The position numbers and the translations under genes are program-made. From assembly GCA_036479435.1 (NCBI GenBank), contig JAZGFI010000200.1, forward strand, positions 1-10,876: a stretch of DNA of 10,876 bases, given 5' to 3'. Each line of letters begins with the position of its first letter. The stretch's first letter is position 1. Source of the DNA: Planctomycetota bacterium. Lineage in GTDB: Bacteria > Planctomycetota > GCA-002687715 > DRQF01. Shown here piece after piece: positions 8,949 through 10,876 of the stretch. Under the pieces are notes generated by a model. That model saw nothing but the letters and a program-made list of their open reading frames with translations, was not told where the DNA came from and made no database searches.

Positions 8949-9604
8949 ACGCCGTGAGCAAAAAACGCATCGCGGTGCTCTTGTCGGGCACCGGACGCTC
9001 GCTTCAAAACCTCATGGTCGCCCAGGGTGACGGTCGCTTGGATTGCGAGTTTTGTCTCGTGCTTTCCAATCGTCGCCGAGCGCGCGGCCTTGAGATCGCC
9101 GCGGCGGCCGGAATACCGACCGCTGTGGTCAGCAAGCGGAGTTTCGCGAACGGCGCGGCCTTCAACGACGAGATTTCGAAGACGCTTGAGGCCGCCAAAC
9201 CCGACTTCATCGTGATGGCCGGTTTTTTGGCGTTTTACGATTTGCCTCAGCGCTGGCGCGGAAAAATCCTCAACATCCACCCGAGCCTCTTGCCGGCTTT
9301 TGGCGGCAAGGGGTTTTATGGCCATTATGTTCACGAAGCTGTCTTAGAAGCGGGAGTTCGGGTCACCGGGTGTACCGTTCATTTTGTCGACAACGTTTAC
9401 GACCACGGCCCCGCCTTGCTGCAGCTCACTTGCCCCGTCTTGCCCCACGATGACGCCGACTCTTTGGCGGCGCGGGTCTTCGAACGCGAGTGTGTAGCGC
9501 TCCCCCGCGCCTTGGCCTGGGTCCTGGACGGCCGGGCAAGCCTTACCGAAGACGGTGATCGCGTCGTCTTCGCCGACGGATTCAAAGCCGCCGAGTTCAG
9601 CTGA
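8945..9604 (+). CDS. purN: Phosphoribosylglycinamide formyltransferase (start TTG 8945, overlapping the PNP stop, or GTG 8954)
   Basis: IAVLLSGTGRSL, MAGF, LNIHPSLLPAFGG, TGCTVHFV and YDHGP. Confidence 0.96.
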   Translation: MNAVSKKRIAVLLSGTGRSLQNLMVAQGDGRLDCEFCLVLSNRRRARGLEIAAAAGIPTAVVSKRSFANGAAFNDEISKTLEAAKPDFIVMAGFLAFYDLPQRWRGKILNIHPSLLPAFGGKGFYGHYVHEAVLEAGVRVTGCTVHFVDNVYDHGPALLQLTCPVLPHDDADSLAARVFERECVALPRALAWVLDGRASLTEDGDRVVFADGFKAAEFS

Positions 9605-9635
9605 TTGCGGCCTTTAGGCTCAGTTTGCTACCCTC

Positions 9636-9662
9636 GTGTTCATAATTTTGAACACTTGTTCG
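9636..9662. promoter_or_regulatory. Overlapping inverted repeats, a putative operator upstream of the histidine kinase
   Basis: GTGTTCA-TAATTT-TGAACAC (9636-9655) overlaps GAAC-ACTT-GTTC (9650-9661). A -10-like CATAAT lies at 9641-9646. Confidence 0.5.
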
Positions 9663-9686
9663 CAGGGTTAGAAAAGTCAACCGGCC

Positions 9687-10876
9687 ATGAATCGCGCCTC
9701 CCCACGTCGCGTCCCGAGGATTGTCCTCGTACACCCGACCGGTTCGCCGGATCTCCTCCAGGGTTTTCCGGGCCGGTTTCAGGTAACGCACGTGTCAGCC
9801 GGACCGCAGCTTGAATCGCTGCTCTTGGGTAATCCGATCGATCTCGTCGTGATGGACTGTCGCGAAGGCATCCCCGCGCCAGAGCTTTTGGAAATCGTAC
9901 GACGCGACACCGCCGTGGACTATCTCGCGGTTGGCAAGCCCGAAACGCGGCGCACGCTCCCTTCGTTTTTACACTCACACTGGTGCCCCTGGCCGGTTGA
10001 TCGGCGGAGCTTTTATCGCCTCGTGGTGGCGATGGCGCGCAAGGTTTCTTGGCAAAGGGCCTTCCAACGCCAAGAACACCGCATGCGAGCGTTGTCGGAC
10101 GAGGCGAGACTCGGCAGTCGCATCGCACAAGTCTTGCACGAGATCAACAACCCTCTGGATGCGGTACAACGCTTCGTCAATCTTGCGCGCAGCGAATGTG
10201 AGGCTGATGCTGAAGGCGACCCTCGCCAAGTGAAGGAGTGGCTCGCCCACGCCGCGTTGGGGTTGGACCGCATGGCGAAGACCCTCGACTCGCTACAAAA
10301 AGACGCTCGGATGAGCCGTCACGACTTAGAAATGACCTCGCTGAGAGATCTCATTCGAGAGGCCGCCGTCTTGTCGGGTGCGGTGAGCGACAAGATTGAA
10401 GTCGTGACGTCCATGCGCTGCGACGACCTTCGCGTACCGCGCACCCTGGTGCCTATCTTGATCAACTTGCTACGCAATGCACGACAGGCCTGTGGCGAAC
10501 AGGGACGCATCGAAATCGTCGCTGAGCGCAAGGCGGACCACCTTGAGTTTCGTATCATCGATGACGGCGAGGGTTTTGGCGAGCTCTTCAAAGACGAGTT
10601 GTTCAAGCCCTATTTTTCAACCAAGGAGCAAGGTGGGATGGGCTTAGGACTGCCGACATCGAGGGCGGCGGCCGAGCAGTTGGGTGGCAGCTTGGAAGGG
10701 TTTTCTGCGGGCGATCACCAGGGTGCGACTTTCATTGTGAACATCCCGGTGTTTGATCGCGATGTTGATCGCGATGTTGATCGCGATGTTGATCGCGATG
10801 TTGATCGCGATGTTGATCGCGATGTTGATCGCGATGTTGATCGCGATGTTGATCGCGATGTTGATCGCGATGTTGA
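9687..10876 (+). CDS. Soluble histidine kinase (degenerate receiver-like N-terminus + HisKA + HATPase_c), 3'-partial and not in the ORF track
   Basis: Hand translation from ATG 9687, the first start after in-frame TAG 9669, is open to the window end. H-box LHEINNPL (His 10137-10139), N-box NLLRNARQA, G1 IDDGEGF, F-box LFKPYFSTK, G2 GGMGLGL, then GATFIVNIPVF followed by (DRDV)n. Confidence 0.9.
   Translation, partial: MNRASPRRVPRIVLVHPTGSPDLLQGFPGRFQVTHVSAGPQLESLLLGNPIDLVVMDCREGIPAPELLEIVRRDTAVDYLAVGKPETRRTLPSFLHSHWCPWPVDRRSFYRLVVAMARKVSWQRAFQRQEHRMRALSDEARLGSRIAQVLHEINNPLDAVQRFVNLARSECEADAEGDPRQVKEWLAHAALGLDRMAKTLDSLQKDARMSRHDLEMTSLRDLIREAAVLSGAVSDKIEVVTSMRCDDLRVPRTLVPILINLLRNARQACGEQGRIEIVAERKADHLEFRIIDDGEGFGELFKDELFKPYFSTKEQGGMGLGLPTSRAAAEQLGGSLEGFSAGDHQGATFIVNIPVFDRDVDRDVDRDVDRDVDRDVDRDVDRDVDRDVDRDVDRDV
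10753..10876 (+). repeat. Perfect 12-bp tandem array (TTGATCGCGATG) x10.3 or more, running off the window end
   Basis: Directly visible, with no variant units. Read in frame with the kinase it is GAT CGC GAT GTT = DRDV. Confidence 0.97.

Noticed and set aside
9605..10606. Short track ORFs in this region as separate genes or a frameshifted pseudogene
   Set aside because: All are alternative-frame or antisense overlaps of one uninterrupted kinase frame starting at 9687.
10753..10876. CRISPR array, telomere or HIP1 (GCGATCGC) cluster
   Set aside because: There are no spacers, the unit is only 12 bp and no cas genes are present. The exact HIP1 octamer is absent. Nothing indicates a linear replicon end, and an assembly break in a VNTR is simpler.

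Overview
A GC-rich (roughly 60% by eye) bacterial chromosomal segment made mostly of housekeeping genes. The FHA-Ser/Thr kinase and beta-propeller lipoprotein suggest a Planctomycetota-like host, but this is inference only. Gene order: 157-bp palindromic element | gap (-) | tilS (+) | bidirectional terminator | beta-propeller lipoprotein (-) | yggS (+) | FHA-Ser/Thr kinase-TM protein (+) | purine nucleoside phosphorylase (+) | purN (+) | pseudo-receiver histidine kinase (+). The last gene is absent from the ORF track because it runs off the window inside an in-frame perfect 12-bp tandem array. I found no transposase, CRISPR array, tRNA, rRNA or defence system, and I cannot support a clearly new multi-gene system. 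The most notable signals are non-coding or fine-scale: an RPE-like palindromic element at the left end, the (GATCGCGATGTT)n array encoding (DRDV)n at the right end, overlapping GTTC/GAAC operator motifs including a Gram-positive-type SOS box before the histidine kinase, a long uORF-containing leader behind a near-consensus promoter, and an Asn-to-Asp specificity residue in the PNP.
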